Source: a virus. Taken from it: a stretch of 64,000 nt of DNA. Position numbers and translations under genes: made by a program. Positions within the stretch are counted from its first letter, which is position 1; each line of letters starts with the position of its first letter. Under the pieces are notes generated by a model, which was not told the DNA's origin, ran no database searches, and saw only the letters and a list, made by a program, of their open reading frames with translations. Shown here piece after piece: positions 48,251 through 58,171 of this stretch. The stretch is taken from IMG/VR virus record IMGVR_UViG_3300013094_000027, positions 1 through 64,000 of that record. The stretch is one strand, 5' to 3'.

Positions 48251-50509
48251 TTATGATTTAGTTCCTGTAATTTCTACTGTTACATTTTGTACGGTTGTAG
48301 CAGATGTAACATAAAATAAAATAATAGTTCCTGATGATATGGCTGTTGTAGTCCATCCTGAAACAGAAGCATTAGCTGACGAAGCTGATGATAATGTTGG
48401 AGCATTACCTGATCCAACTAAAGATGTTCCTGAACTATTTCTAACGTCTACTACTATAGATCCTGATAATAAACCCGATGATCCTATAGACACAATATTC
48501 CACCCTGTAATTGTCATTGCATATGGAACAGTTATTGCAACAGCATATCCTGTATTTATAACACCTCCTGATCCTAATAATGATGCACCAAAACCACCAA
48601 TGGCATTAGATGTATTCATGTAAGCAATATCCCAAGCAGATGATGTATTACCAGAAGTGGATAAACAAGTAGCAACAACTTGTGAATTATATGCAATAGA
48701 TTGTAAAGCAACTCCTGTATAGGATTGTAAATAAATAGTTGTACCAGATGTACAATTACTCATTACTAAAAATGATTGCCCTACTGTTAGAGTAGAAGTA
48801 TCTGGTAATTGTACAATTTGATTTGTACTACCAGAAAATACTGTAAAATATGGAGAAGCAGATGTTAATAGTGTTGTACCTGAAGTTACTGCTATTTGTT
48901 GTATACCTGATATAAAGTTGTTGGCAAAATGATTTTTGTTAGTGTCCCAGGTAGTTAATGTATTGGCTGCAGGAGTGTAAGAATACCCTAATGCCTGATA
49001 AGGAGATGCCGTACTTCCTGATGTATTAGCAAGCACACTATTGGCTGATATAGGAGTAAGCCCTATAGTACCTGTAGAAGTTATTGGGCCTCCTGTAATA
49101 CCATTATTAGTGGCAATATTAGTAACACCTACATTAAGTGTAGCCCATTGAGGAGTAACACCATTTGATATAAGAGTTTGCCCTGATGTGCCTATAGCAA
49201 GATTAGTGAATAAACCTCCGCTATTATAGTATATATCTCCATTAGCATCTCCACCTAAAGCAAGTCCTATTTTAGGACCAAAATAAGCTCCTGTTGCCCA
49301 CGTACCTGTATTAATAGTACCAACAGTATTTATAGAGGTTTGTCCTACATAACCAGAATCTATTGAAATAACTTTAGTGGTTCCTGAAGTTGTTACATCT
49401 ATCTGTAAGGTTGTTCCTGATATAGAGGATATATAATCTGTTCCAGGAGTTGCTGCAACTAATTGACCAGAACCATTTGCTTTTATAAGAGAAGATAAAA
49501 CAGAATTTTGAGCTAAATATCCATTTACTGTTAATCCTGCTGTTCCCCAGGTAGAAGAAGACGTTCCTGAAATAAAACTATCCCATTGACCGGCAGAAAA
49601 AGAGGCTGATTGTAAAATTACAGTAGCATATCCTCCAGAAGGAATTGTAATTAATATCCCTCCTCCATATTGTTGTATTACAAGATTTCCTGTAGCGTTA
49701 TTATTAAAAATATATGTCGCTCCTACAAGAATAGTAGTTGCATTAGGAAGTACTATAGTAGTGGTTGTAGGAGCACCACTTTGTGCAACCCATATTTGAC
49801 CACTATAAGAATTTAAATTTGTTGTTGATCCTCCGGCAACTCCTGTAATAGTGGGTGCAAATAAATTAGCAGACATTATTCCAGAAAATGAACCACCAGT
49901 ACCGTATAATTCTCCTGTAAGTGTTCCTCCTGATAAAGGTAAATAGTTACCTAAAGCTGAAGAATAATTTGGGATATTTAAAACATTACTTATTAAAGTT
50001 GAAGGTCCTGTTGTACCAGATGTAGTAAGTGTCAAAGTACTTCCACTTCCAAAAACATCTGAAAGACCTATTAAATATTGTATAGGTACTTGCATCCATT
50101 TACCTAAAGAAGTATATATTACAGACGCACCTTGATTAAAATTAGTTAATCCACTACCGAGATCTTGTGATCCTGAAACAGATATTCTATAAACAGAATT
50201 TAAAGTACCTGTAGAATTTGAAAGATGTGGTATATTTAAATTTGCATTCCAATCTCCTAAAAAATTATAAGGACTTGTTCCTAAATATAAACTAACAAGA
50301 TCTAAAGTATAGAGTATTGGTTCTGCTTGCCAAGTACCACCTGAAGTATATATTATACTTTGATTTTGTAAATAACTAGTTAAACCAGAACCTAAATCTC
50401 TTGAATAAGAGTTTATAATATTATAAGTATCTCCTACCGTCCCTACACCATTTATAAGGACAGGATTATTTGCAATAGGGTCCCAATTTCCTTTATAGTT
50501 TAAAGACAT
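48251..50509 (-). CDS. Tail fibre protein
   Basis: 752 aa; tandem N-terminal G.W....N.P.L repeats, YLPLSGGTLTG motif, repeated .LP..TL.VG domains. Confidence 0.75.
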   Translation of the reverse strand: MSLNYKGNWDPIANNPVLINGVGTVGDTYNIINSYSRDLGSGLTSYLQNQSIIYTSGGTWQAEPILYTLDLVSLYLGTSPYNFLGDWNANLNIPHLSNSTGTLNSVYRISVSGSQDLGSGLTNFNQGASVIYTSLGKWMQVPIQYLIGLSDVFGSGSTLTLTTSGTTGPSTLISNVLNIPNYSSALGNYLPLSGGTLTGELYGTGGSFSGIMSANLFAPTITGVAGGSTTNLNSYSGQIWVAQSGAPTTTTIVLPNATTILVGATYIFNNNATGNLVIQQYGGGILITIPSGGYATVILQSASFSAGQWDSFISGTSSSTWGTAGLTVNGYLAQNSVLSSLIKANGSGQLVAATPGTDYISSISGTTLQIDVTTSGTTKVISIDSGYVGQTSINTVGTINTGTWATGAYFGPKIGLALGGDANGDIYYNSGGLFTNLAIGTSGQTLISNGVTPQWATLNVGVTNIATNNGITGGPITSTGTIGLTPISANSVLANTSGSTASPYQALGYSYTPAANTLTTWDTNKNHFANNFISGIQQIAVTSGTTLLTSASPYFTVFSGSTNQIVQLPDTSTLTVGQSFLVMSNCTSGTTIYLQSYTGVALQSIAYNSQVVATCLSTSGNTSSAWDIAYMNTSNAIGGFGASLLGSGGVINTGYAVAITVPYAMTITGWNIVSIGSSGLLSGSIVVDVRNSSGTSLVGSGNAPTLSSASSANASVSGWTTTAISSGTIILFYVTSATTVQNVTVEITGTKS

Positions 50510-50511
50510 TA

Positions 50512-50850
50512 TTATAAATAAATATAAGAAAGATTTGTGCTTCCTGAAACAGAAGTTGTATTATTGTAATTAACTGTTATTCCACTTGAACTTGGTATAG
50601 AAGCCGTTACCTCAATACCATACTTTTGAGATTGCACAATACTTATCATTGGTTGATAAGACAAAGGTATTGTTGTTACACCTGTAGTACCTGATGCATA
50701 TACTAAAGAATATAATCCTATATTTGGTACAAATTGTGCAATGCCATTTAAAGCTGTATTTAAAGATGCTCCTGTAATACTATTTGTTCCATTAGTATTA
50801 ACATACGCATTTAAATAAGCAACAACAGCAGATAAGTTAGAAAAAGTCAT
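50512..50850 (-). CDS. Small virion structural protein
   Basis: TNGTNSITGASLNTAL motif; within fibre operon. Confidence 0.55.
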   Translation of the reverse strand: MTFSNLSAVVAYLNAYVNTNGTNSITGASLNTALNGIAQFVPNIGLYSLVYASGTTGVTTIPLSYQPMISIVQSQKYGIEVTASIPSSSGITVNYNNTTSVSGSTNLSYIYL

Positions 50851-50853
50851 AAG

Positions 50854-51201
50854 TTATTTAAAAAAATCGTTATTAAAATCATTGTTAAAATCTCCCGATA
50901 AAGTATATGTGCAAATAGTAGGTTGTAAACAAACATGCAATTGTATAAAAGGATATGTAGGAATACTATTTGTACCAGATTGTATTTTTATACAATTTTT
51001 TGGTTGATATGATAAAGTACATTCGTTACAACAGTCACTTTCTTGTTGATATTCCAATAATTTTTTTTGAAACCAAACTATTTCTGGATCTTTTATATTA
51101 CAGTTAAGTTCAATACCCCATATTGATTTATAGGCTATTTTTTTAAATGTATTACAAAAACTACTTATAATTTCATCTTTATGTTGTAAAAAATTTACCA
51201 C
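50854..51201 (-). CDS. Putative tail hub protein
   Basis: GTG start overlapping upstream TAG; Cys-rich; ends GDFNNDFNNDF. Confidence 0.5.
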   Translation of the reverse strand: MVNFLQHKDEIISSFCNTFKKIAYKSIWGIELNCNIKDPEIVWFQKKLLEYQQESDCCNECTLSYQPKNCIKIQSGTNSIPTYPFIQLHVCLQPTICTYTLSGDFNNDFNNDFFK

Positions 51202-51353
51202 TATTGTTTGTTTTGCTGTTGAATCATTTTTTCTTGTTGAATTTTTGCTTCATATTCTTGAAGACAAGTATTACAACAACGTTGACCATTTGATGCAACC
51301 CTTTCTTGACATCCACAAGAAAGAGGTCTTTGACAATTGTTACATTTTTTCAT
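51201..51353 (-). CDS. 50-aa Cys-rich microprotein (missing from ORF track)
   Basis: MKKCNNCQRPLSCGCQERVASNGQRCCNTCLQEYEAKIQQEKMIQQQNKQ; ATG 51353, TAG 51203-51201, fills the gap exactly. Confidence 0.8.
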   Translation of the reverse strand: MKKCNNCQRPLSCGCQERVASNGQRCCNTCLQEYEAKIQQEKMIQQQNKQ

Positions 51354-51375
51354 ATTATTGGTTTTAAATTTAATC

Positions 51376-51771
51376 TTATACTTGTGCTACTAAAAGGTAA
51401 ATATCTACAGAACCTTGTGTTGCAGCATTTAAATTTGCAGAAGTAGAAGTTGCTGTAGCATATATTGTTGTTGCAACACTCATACTTTCAATACCTGTGT
51501 TTGTAGCAGGTGTTAAAGTAGCTCCTGTAAAAACGGTTTGTGCTGAAAGATACTTACTATAATTTCCAACAGTACCTATAGAAATAGTATAATTACTAAT
51601 ACTACCTCCTGAAAAAGTTGTTGTTGGATTTAACAAACAACCCATTATTACAGATCCTGCCGGTAAAGTATATCCTGTACTAACATTATTTGTTAAAGAA
51701 GCAGCAGAAAAATTACTATACTTTAAAGTAGCTATTTTTTGCCATTGTGGAACTGTAGGTAAATGAGACAT
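51376..51771 (-). CDS. Virion structural protein (beta-rich)
   Basis: 131 aa T/S/A-rich, YTLPAGSVI motif. Confidence 0.55.
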   Translation of the reverse strand: MSHLPTVPQWQKIATLKYSNFSAASLTNNVSTGYTLPAGSVIMGCLLNPTTTFSGGSISNYTISIGTVGNYSKYLSAQTVFTGATLTPATNTGIESMSVATTIYATATSTSANLNAATQGSVDIYLLVAQV

Positions 51772-51780
51772 ATTTATATT

Positions 51781-52218
51781 TTATAATATCCAATAATTAG
51801 AGCCATCACTTTGAAAACTATAAGCAGCATAAGTAGTATTTGTTGTTATTGAGCTACTACCATCTATATTTCCACTTACAGTATTTATTATTAAATTATT
51901 TGTTCCTGCAATAAGTTTTATATCAAACATCAAACCTGTTGCAGAAGAAGCTGAAGGTAATGTTATTGTTACAGCACCAGAAGTAGTGTTTACAAGAATA
52001 GTTCCATCTGAAAGTTGTACATTATAATTACTTGTTTTTGTACTTATATTGTATTCAATAGCTCCTTGAAAATATTGTGTTCCAGTCCAAACATTATTAT
52101 TTGAAGTTAAAAGATTTAAATTACCACGTAATTGATTTATGTTAAACACACACCAATTTACTTGATTTCCTAAATCAAGATACCCTACTGCACCTGCTGG
52201 TAAAAAATTATTAGGCAT
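51781..52218 (-). CDS. Short fibre protein
   Basis: NNVWTGTQ.F and VNTTSGAVTITLPSAS motifs. Confidence 0.6.
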   Translation of the reverse strand: MPNNFLPAGAVGYLDLGNQVNWCVFNINQLRGNLNLLTSNNNVWTGTQYFQGAIEYNISTKTSNYNVQLSDGTILVNTTSGAVTITLPSASSATGLMFDIKLIAGTNNLIINTVSGNIDGSSSITTNTTYAAYSFQSDGSNYWIL

Positions 52219-52228
52219 TATTTATAAT

Positions 52229-52777
52229 TTAACAAAAGTGACAACCTTGACTTAATTCTTCAACTTTTTTTTGAGCGTATCTATATATTTCAACTCCTTC
52301 TTCATATTGATGTTTGTCTTCAACAAGATGTTTTGCTGTTTCAATATGATTTTCAAGTAATTGCAATTGTCTTAAAACAGTCAATGTTTCATTAGTAGGA
52401 TCACACGGTTTATTGTTTACCCAACAAAGGACTTTATACCATGCGTTTTTAAGTTGTGTAATACGCAATTGTTTGTATTCAACAAATACTTGACTATTTG
52501 GACTAACAGAATATCTATAGTTATAGATACCATCAGGCAATGTCGGACATGTAAAATTACAGTTACCTACAAATCCTAAATCACATGCATTTAAAAATAA
52601 TCTAAATCCAGAAGATAGATTTGTAAATACTGTAGCAGTACTAAACCCAGGAGGTGTTATTTCCAAAGTATTGCAACTTACAGGAATAAAAGTACTATAG
52701 ATAGAACTATCTTCTACCTTTAATATTCCTTCATTAGTTGAATAAGGAAATTCTAAAAATAATTTATGTCGCTCCAC
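52229..52777 (-). CDS. Putative tail hub protein
   Basis: 182 aa, LPDGIYNYRYSV motif, Cys-rich; crAss synteny. Confidence 0.55.
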   Translation of the reverse strand: MERHKLFLEFPYSTNEGILKVEDSSIYSTFIPVSCNTLEITPPGFSTATVFTNLSSGFRLFLNACDLGFVGNCNFTCPTLPDGIYNYRYSVSPNSQVFVEYKQLRITQLKNAWYKVLCWVNNKPCDPTNETLTVLRQLQLLENHIETAKHLVEDKHQYEEGVEIYRYAQKKVEELSQGCHFC

Positions 52778-52779
52778 AA

Positions 52780-52812
52780 TAAAATATATGAAATTTTTTC
52801 AACAAAACCAAA
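52780..52812 (-). promoter_or_regulatory. Putative late-class promoter for fibre operon
   Basis: TTTG (52812-52809), 20 nt, TATATTTTA (52788-52780), 2 nt before GTG. Confidence 0.6.
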
Positions 52813-52817
52813 TTAAG

Positions 52818-52857
52818 AAAAAAAGCCCCAAATCCTTTTGGAATTCAGGGCTCTTTT
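52818..52857 (-). terminator. Intrinsic terminator after capsid operon
   Basis: AGCCC...TCC-TTTT-GGA...GGGCT stem with T7 run on minus strand. Confidence 0.7.
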
Positions 52858-52872
52858 AAGAAAAATTATAAA

Positions 52873-54258
52873 TTAGAAACTTTCTAAGATTACAGTGTTA
52901 CCTGCAGAAGAAAGTGAGTTTGCAATAATATTGGTAAAGTTTGTAGTTGATGTTCCTGTTGGTACATAAAATACTGCTTCCCATACACGAGCATTATCAG
53001 CAGGTTTAGGATTGAAGTCATCAGTGTTTAGATAACGAATGTGGATTTCATCATATGCTCCAGAAAGATTCACATTTGCAAGAACCACATCGTCTTCTAT
53101 TTGACGCATCCTGAACATGTCAATTTCATAACCATCAGGGAAGTTTTCCATCAAATACCTACGATATAAAACCCAATCCCTTGCTACAAATTGTCCCAAA
53201 CCAGATGCTTGTTGAACTGTTTGAGTTGTAACAACCATGTTTGGTACTGATGTATTAATAGTAGTTGTTACTTGACAAGGATCTGATTGTAAACCATCAT
53301 CCATACGAAGAGATGCATAAATCAAAAGAGCATCTACATAGTAGTAATCTGAAGGAGTGAAAGTACAAGTATTAAATACTGTATCAACATAAGCTGTTTG
53401 CAATTGTAAACCAACAGTGATTGTTGGAATAGTTGTTGCATTTGTACTTGGTACATATGCACCTACTGTTGCAGCACCACTACCAGCAGCTACTGAACCA
53501 TAAGTTGCACCACCTGCAACACCAGGAGCACTAATAGAAACATCATATGCTGAGAATACTTGTGCAACGTTTCCTGTATTATAAGTATAAGTTCCAGAAC
53601 CTGTAGTACCTGTAGTAGATCCATTGATAAATACAGCAGGATAGAACATTGTTGACAAGATAGGATCTTGTTTGATATAATCAGACCATTGCAACATTAC
53701 TGTTACAGGATCTACCAATTGACCTGTACAACCTGATTGACAGTTACCACCGCAACAGCCAGTCCAAGCTTCAGCATCACGATAAACTTCATGACCAAAA
53801 ACCCTCAATGCTGCTTCACCCTTTGCTTCAAGCAACAACCTATAATAAGTACCACACTGGAAAGTAGGTCCTACTAAAGCTGTAGATCCGCTAGTTGTTT
53901 GATTCCAACCAACAGAAATTACCATCGGTGCAGCAGATACTGCTGATTTTTTCCAAAAACGTTTGATACCACTAATCGGAATACGATGTGTTTTATCAGA
54001 CATTTTCATACCACCTATACCAGGGGCAATAGCATCTTTAGTATGATACGATCCTTCGACAATTATAATATCACTTGTAGTGCTTTGACCAACACCTACA
54101 GAAGAACCTATAATACTATTACGAACAGTAAATACACCAAGTTGACCTGGGGTTGTAATTGAAGTAGTACTAGTAAGACCTGAAGAAGCCATTAAAATAG
54201 TACCACCTGAAGTTGCAGGAAGAAATACTTCCCGAAAAGCACGAGTTCCGTAAGACAT
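52873..54258 (-). CDS. Putative auxiliary capsid protein
   Basis: 461 aa, codon usage like the MCP gene, followed by terminator; position matches crAss auxiliary capsid gene. Confidence 0.55.
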   Translation of the reverse strand: MSYGTRAFREVFLPATSGGTILMASSGLTSTTSITTPGQLGVFTVRNSIIGSSVGVGQSTTSDIIIVEGSYHTKDAIAPGIGGMKMSDKTHRIPISGIKRFWKKSAVSAAPMVISVGWNQTTSGSTALVGPTFQCGTYYRLLLEAKGEAALRVFGHEVYRDAEAWTGCCGGNCQSGCTGQLVDPVTVMLQWSDYIKQDPILSTMFYPAVFINGSTTGTTGSGTYTYNTGNVAQVFSAYDVSISAPGVAGGATYGSVAAGSGAATVGAYVPSTNATTIPTITVGLQLQTAYVDTVFNTCTFTPSDYYYVDALLIYASLRMDDGLQSDPCQVTTTINTSVPNMVVTTQTVQQASGLGQFVARDWVLYRRYLMENFPDGYEIDMFRMRQIEDDVVLANVNLSGAYDEIHIRYLNTDDFNPKPADNARVWEAVFYVPTGTSTTNFTNIIANSLSSAGNTVILESF

Positions 54259-54276
54259 GTTTATTTAATTTTTAAT

Positions 54277-54978
54277 TTAAGTATTTGTATTTTCGTTTTG
54301 TGTTAAACGCTGTTGTGTATTTTGCATTTCTAGATCTCCAGAAATGATAGAGGCAGCTTCCTCTACAAGAAGTTCAATAACAGAATCTCTAAATTCACAT
54401 TCAACGTCTGTTAAAGATATTAAACCTGTTTCAGTATCAGTACAACCTTGAAATTGCACACTTATAGGTTTTCTATAGTAAATTACTTCAGGATCAACTA
54501 TTTCAAACTGATTGTTTGTATAAATCCTAACCTTGTTTCCAAAAAAAGTGACTATTGTTTCAGCCCATTCAAAATTTGGATTTTTGTTAGGATCTTTTAA
54601 AATTATATCTATATCTGATTCTTCAGCTATATAAGTAACTAATTTTCTTGGGGGACAGCAATCATTTTTTGCAAATGCTGAAATTCGTGCAAAAACAATA
54701 TAATCATTTGGAAAATCACAAGATTCATAATATAAACCTTTATTGGTATAAGTGTCTTTCCAAGTAACAAGTAAATTTTGTAAATCAGCTATTACTTGTG
54801 AATCAGATTCTCGACCAGCCCTTTTTTGATTTATTCCATTTATTTGTCTTCTAACAAATTGTCTTTGAGCTTTATTAAAAGCTTCTTGAATTTGCCAACA
54901 CTGAATGTTATCGTAGTCTTCACTATCAAGTTTATTCAGTCTTTGTTTGACTTTGAGTTGAAGTAAAGTATTATTCAC
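54277..54978 (-). CDS. Tail ring / head-tail adaptor protein
   Basis: LNKLDS...IQEAFNKAQ, YYRKP, ELLVEEAA pattern; synteny. Confidence 0.65.
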   Translation of the reverse strand: MNNTLLQLKVKQRLNKLDSEDYDNIQCWQIQEAFNKAQRQFVRRQINGINQKRAGRESDSQVIADLQNLLVTWKDTYTNKGLYYESCDFPNDYIVFARISAFAKNDCCPPRKLVTYIAEESDIDIILKDPNKNPNFEWAETIVTFFGNKVRIYTNNQFEIVDPEVIYYRKPISVQFQGCTDTETGLISLTDVECEFRDSVIELLVEEAASIISGDLEMQNTQQRLTQNENTNT

Positions 54979-54989
54979 AATCAGTTATA

Positions 54990-56057
54990 TTAGTTATTCA
55001 TTTCTTGATCAACTTTCTTTTGCAGTCTTTTTAAAATATCTGCATTAAGAGGATTTTTAAGATAAGAAGCAACCTCTTCATTTGTACGTCCTACAGGAAT
55101 AGAATCTTCCATAAAATAAATAGTTCCTGTACGAGTGGCTTTATCTTCCATTTTATAATCTAAGAAGCGGTATTTAGTTGCGCATTTGATAATTGCATTA
55201 ATACTCAAATCTTCCATTGGCATATTACAAAGATCTAAAAACCTTTGAGCAGCCATTCTTTTATTTTTTTCCCAAAGTTCGCCATCAATACCTCTATCCA
55301 TATTAAGATATACAATATCTGCTGGTGTAGACCTTTTGTATTGTGTTGGATCAGGATCAAAATTGCGTGCTACAATAAACAACTTTTCAAGATTTTCATC
55401 ACGCAAAGCATCCAATTTAGATTTTGCTTTATTTACTATTTTACGATATTCTGTATTAATAGCAGCAGTATTTTCTAATTTATCTAAATAAAACTTGGGA
55501 GGATTCATATAAGGCCAGTTATAAGCATCTTCTAAAGATGAAGCCACAAGAGCCCTATAACCACCTGCACGAATCGCACGTTCAATTAGAATATCCATTG
55601 GATTGTTCATATCTAAAAACATTCCTGATTTAGATAATTGCAATGTAAAACCTTGAGGATATTCTTTATCATTACCCCAAAAAGCTATGTTAGTAGGAGC
55701 TAGTTCTTTGCATTGTTCCCAAAAACTTTTGTTCTTAAAAGAAGGGTCTATTTCATCACCTCCAAAAAGCAGATAATGTACATGTGCAACAGTCTCACGA
55801 ATATCTTTCCTTGCTGCTTCCCTTTCTTTTTCAGAAAGTTTTAAAATTTCCGGTGCTGTTTCATCTAATCCATTTACTGCTTTAAATGTAGCAGGTGTTG
55901 TTAATGTTCCAGGAGTAACTTCTTTAATAAAAAGTGTATCTTTTTGTACGGCTTCATCAAAAATAGAAATACCATAATTTTCAAGTCCTGAATTACTAAT
56001 GTTTGGATTTACAAAACATTTAATTGCTACGTTAGAACGTACTTTTTCTTTTAACAT
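54990..56057 (-). CDS. Conserved protein downstream of MCP, unknown function
   Basis: 355 aa, YLKNPLN C-terminal motif; synteny. Confidence 0.6.
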   Translation of the reverse strand: MLKEKVRSNVAIKCFVNPNISNSGLENYGISIFDEAVQKDTLFIKEVTPGTLTTPATFKAVNGLDETAPEILKLSEKEREAARKDIRETVAHVHYLLFGGDEIDPSFKNKSFWEQCKELAPTNIAFWGNDKEYPQGFTLQLSKSGMFLDMNNPMDILIERAIRAGGYRALVASSLEDAYNWPYMNPPKFYLDKLENTAAINTEYRKIVNKAKSKLDALRDENLEKLFIVARNFDPDPTQYKRSTPADIVYLNMDRGIDGELWEKNKRMAAQRFLDLCNMPMEDLSINAIIKCATKYRFLDYKMEDKATRTGTIYFMEDSIPVGRTNEEVASYLKNPLNADILKRLQKKVDQEMNN

Positions 56058-56097
56058 ATTTTATTGGTTTTAAGTAGATATTTAAGAAAATGTGATG

Positions 56098-56325
56098 TTA
56101 TATTTTATTCACATCATTTTTTATTTCTTTTGCAACAGATTCTACATTAGAGACATCTGATTTAATAGTACTAATAGTAGAATTGTATGTGTTAGATATT
56201 TTTGATTCTGTATTTTCAACATCTTCAATATACTCACCGGCAACTGCTTTTGCATGAACATTGCCAAGAATTATGAGTATAATAATAGAAGCTATTAAAA
56301 TAAAACCTACAATGTATGCTATCAT
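56098..56325 (-). CDS. Small membrane-anchored protein
   Basis: N-terminal TM helix plus amphipathic tail. Confidence 0.65.
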   Translation of the reverse strand: MIAYIVGFILIASIIILIILGNVHAKAVAGEYIEDVENTESKISNTYNSTISTIKSDVSNVESVAKEIKNDVNKI

Positions 56326-56363
56326 AATGTGATTTTTTTTAATTGTGATTGATTTAGTACACT

Positions 56364-56396
56364 AATAAGATACGATTTATTTCTGAAAATACCTAA
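56364..56396 (-). promoter_or_regulatory. Variant late-class promoter
   Basis: TTAG (56396-56393), 20 nt, TATCTTATT. Confidence 0.4.
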
Positions 56397-56448
56397 TTAG
56401 AAAACTATTTATTAAAATATTGTTAATAATCCGATGAATATTTTTGGA

Positions 56449-58134
56449 TTATAAGCTGAACCCGGTGATTGGATTTTTCATAACTATTTTCAACACTTTC
56501 GTTGGATCTTTAACCCAAATTGCTTTGTGTGGTTGACGCATAAATACTTTATAACCAAAGTCACCACCGTTTGATTGGAAACCAGTAGTACGTCCCATAT
56601 AGTCCATATTACCGTTTTCATACCACCAACGCAAGTTGCTATCCCAAGCTTTTTCAAGCAAGAAAATGTTATCGTTAGTATTATCTGTAATATCGAAAAT
56701 CAAGAATGAATAAGAAGAAAGATTAAAACCATTGATCTTTGGATTTTCAATATCGTTATTGTTTACATTATCAAATGCAGGGTTCAAAACAAAATTTACA
56801 TTTGCCAAGAAAGGAATAACGAAACCTGTAAATGCATAACCAAAGTTAAGATTCATTGCTTCGATACGACCACCACCAGCAGCATTGCTTGTTACAGCAC
56901 CAAGCTCGTGAGCATTCAATACAAGACCTGAGTTAACTGTTGATTTTTGAATTGCTTCGTTAATCAACTTCATACCACCCATACCTGTTTGTACTATGAT
57001 CTTACGTTGTGGATCTGGACCTTTAAATTCAATTTTACCATTGTAAAAATTGAACAATTCGGCTTTAAACATATCAAGAGTAAAGTTACCAAAATTGTAA
57101 ATTCTCTTATAGTTATTATCAAGTTGTTTCCACAAACCTGTAGAAAGACGAACTGAATCAGCACCATCACGTTGAGAAAGGATACCACCTTTACCCCACA
57201 TCAATTGATATTCAATATCATGAGATATTTGTGCAAGACATTTAGCTTCGATTGAAGTTACAAATGTACGAGACAAACGGCCTTCTTCCATTTGTTTTTT
57301 AGCCCAACCTGTACCATTACGTTTAATGGCTTCTTGAATATTTGGAATTGAAGGATCAGCACCCCAATCAAGCCATTTCCATATTTCTGTAACCAGTGAT
57401 TCACCTTTAGCATTCATACCACCTTTCATCATCAAATCTAACTTACCGTCAATTTGAAAAGAAGCATGAGCATCTGATTGACCTACATAGTTATAAAATT
57501 CACGATAACCACCACGCAATTCACCAAGATCATTGTATTGTGTACCATATTCACCAATAGTAGAACCTGCTGAGAATATCTTAGTACCAGGTGTAACATA
57601 TTGATTATTCAAATAATATGTACCATTGGTTGTGGTAGGACCTGTACCAAGTGTAGAACCTGCGTTGTTTACAAGTTTTACTGTGTACAACCAACCTTCA
57701 CCTTGTTGAATAATAGGTTCTGAAGTAACGTACATTTCAAGACCGTTGTACTTATCATAAGTGATAAGAGAACCATGACCAAATGCACGTTTGTTTAACA
57801 AAATTTGAAATGCCTGACCATCAGCACCTTTAGTAGTATTTGAAGGCTGAACATCATACAAAATGTATGGAAGTTCTTGTACAATAGGTAATTGCCATTT
57901 GTAACGACCTTGATAGTCTTCTACTTTCTTTACATTTTTGCCTCCAAAACTAGACATTTGATAAATAGGCATTTCTACCTTTTGTGTCATAGCCCAAAGA
58001 TCTACAGGACCCATATCATCTGGTCCGGCATCTTTCATAAAATTACGAAGGTGAAAAGAATCAATGTTTGATCCATCTAAACGATATTGGGTGTCACGTA
58101 AAAACACGCCATTATTCAAGCTCGGTGTTGCCAT
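56449..58134 (-). CDS. Major capsid protein
   Basis: 561 aa after portal and scaffold; strongly biased codons; EYQLMWGKG, GLWKQL, TGMGG, IWVKDP motifs. Confidence 0.85.
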   Translation of the reverse strand: MATPSLNNGVFLRDTQYRLDGSNIDSFHLRNFMKDAGPDDMGPVDLWAMTQKVEMPIYQMSSFGGKNVKKVEDYQGRYKWQLPIVQELPYILYDVQPSNTTKGADGQAFQILLNKRAFGHGSLITYDKYNGLEMYVTSEPIIQQGEGWLYTVKLVNNAGSTLGTGPTTTNGTYYLNNQYVTPGTKIFSAGSTIGEYGTQYNDLGELRGGYREFYNYVGQSDAHASFQIDGKLDLMMKGGMNAKGESLVTEIWKWLDWGADPSIPNIQEAIKRNGTGWAKKQMEEGRLSRTFVTSIEAKCLAQISHDIEYQLMWGKGGILSQRDGADSVRLSTGLWKQLDNNYKRIYNFGNFTLDMFKAELFNFYNGKIEFKGPDPQRKIIVQTGMGGMKLINEAIQKSTVNSGLVLNAHELGAVTSNAAGGGRIEAMNLNFGYAFTGFVIPFLANVNFVLNPAFDNVNNNDIENPKINGFNLSSYSFLIFDITDNTNDNIFLLEKAWDSNLRWWYENGNMDYMGRTTGFQSNGGDFGYKVFMRQPHKAIWVKDPTKVLKIVMKNPITGFSL

Positions 58135-58171
58135 ATTTTATTTTTTATTTACTTATTTGTTTATTTAATTA

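Noticed and set aside
42771-52218. Diversity-generating retroelement targeting fibres
   Set aside because: No reverse transcriptase and no adenine-variable template/variable repeat pair seen in the window
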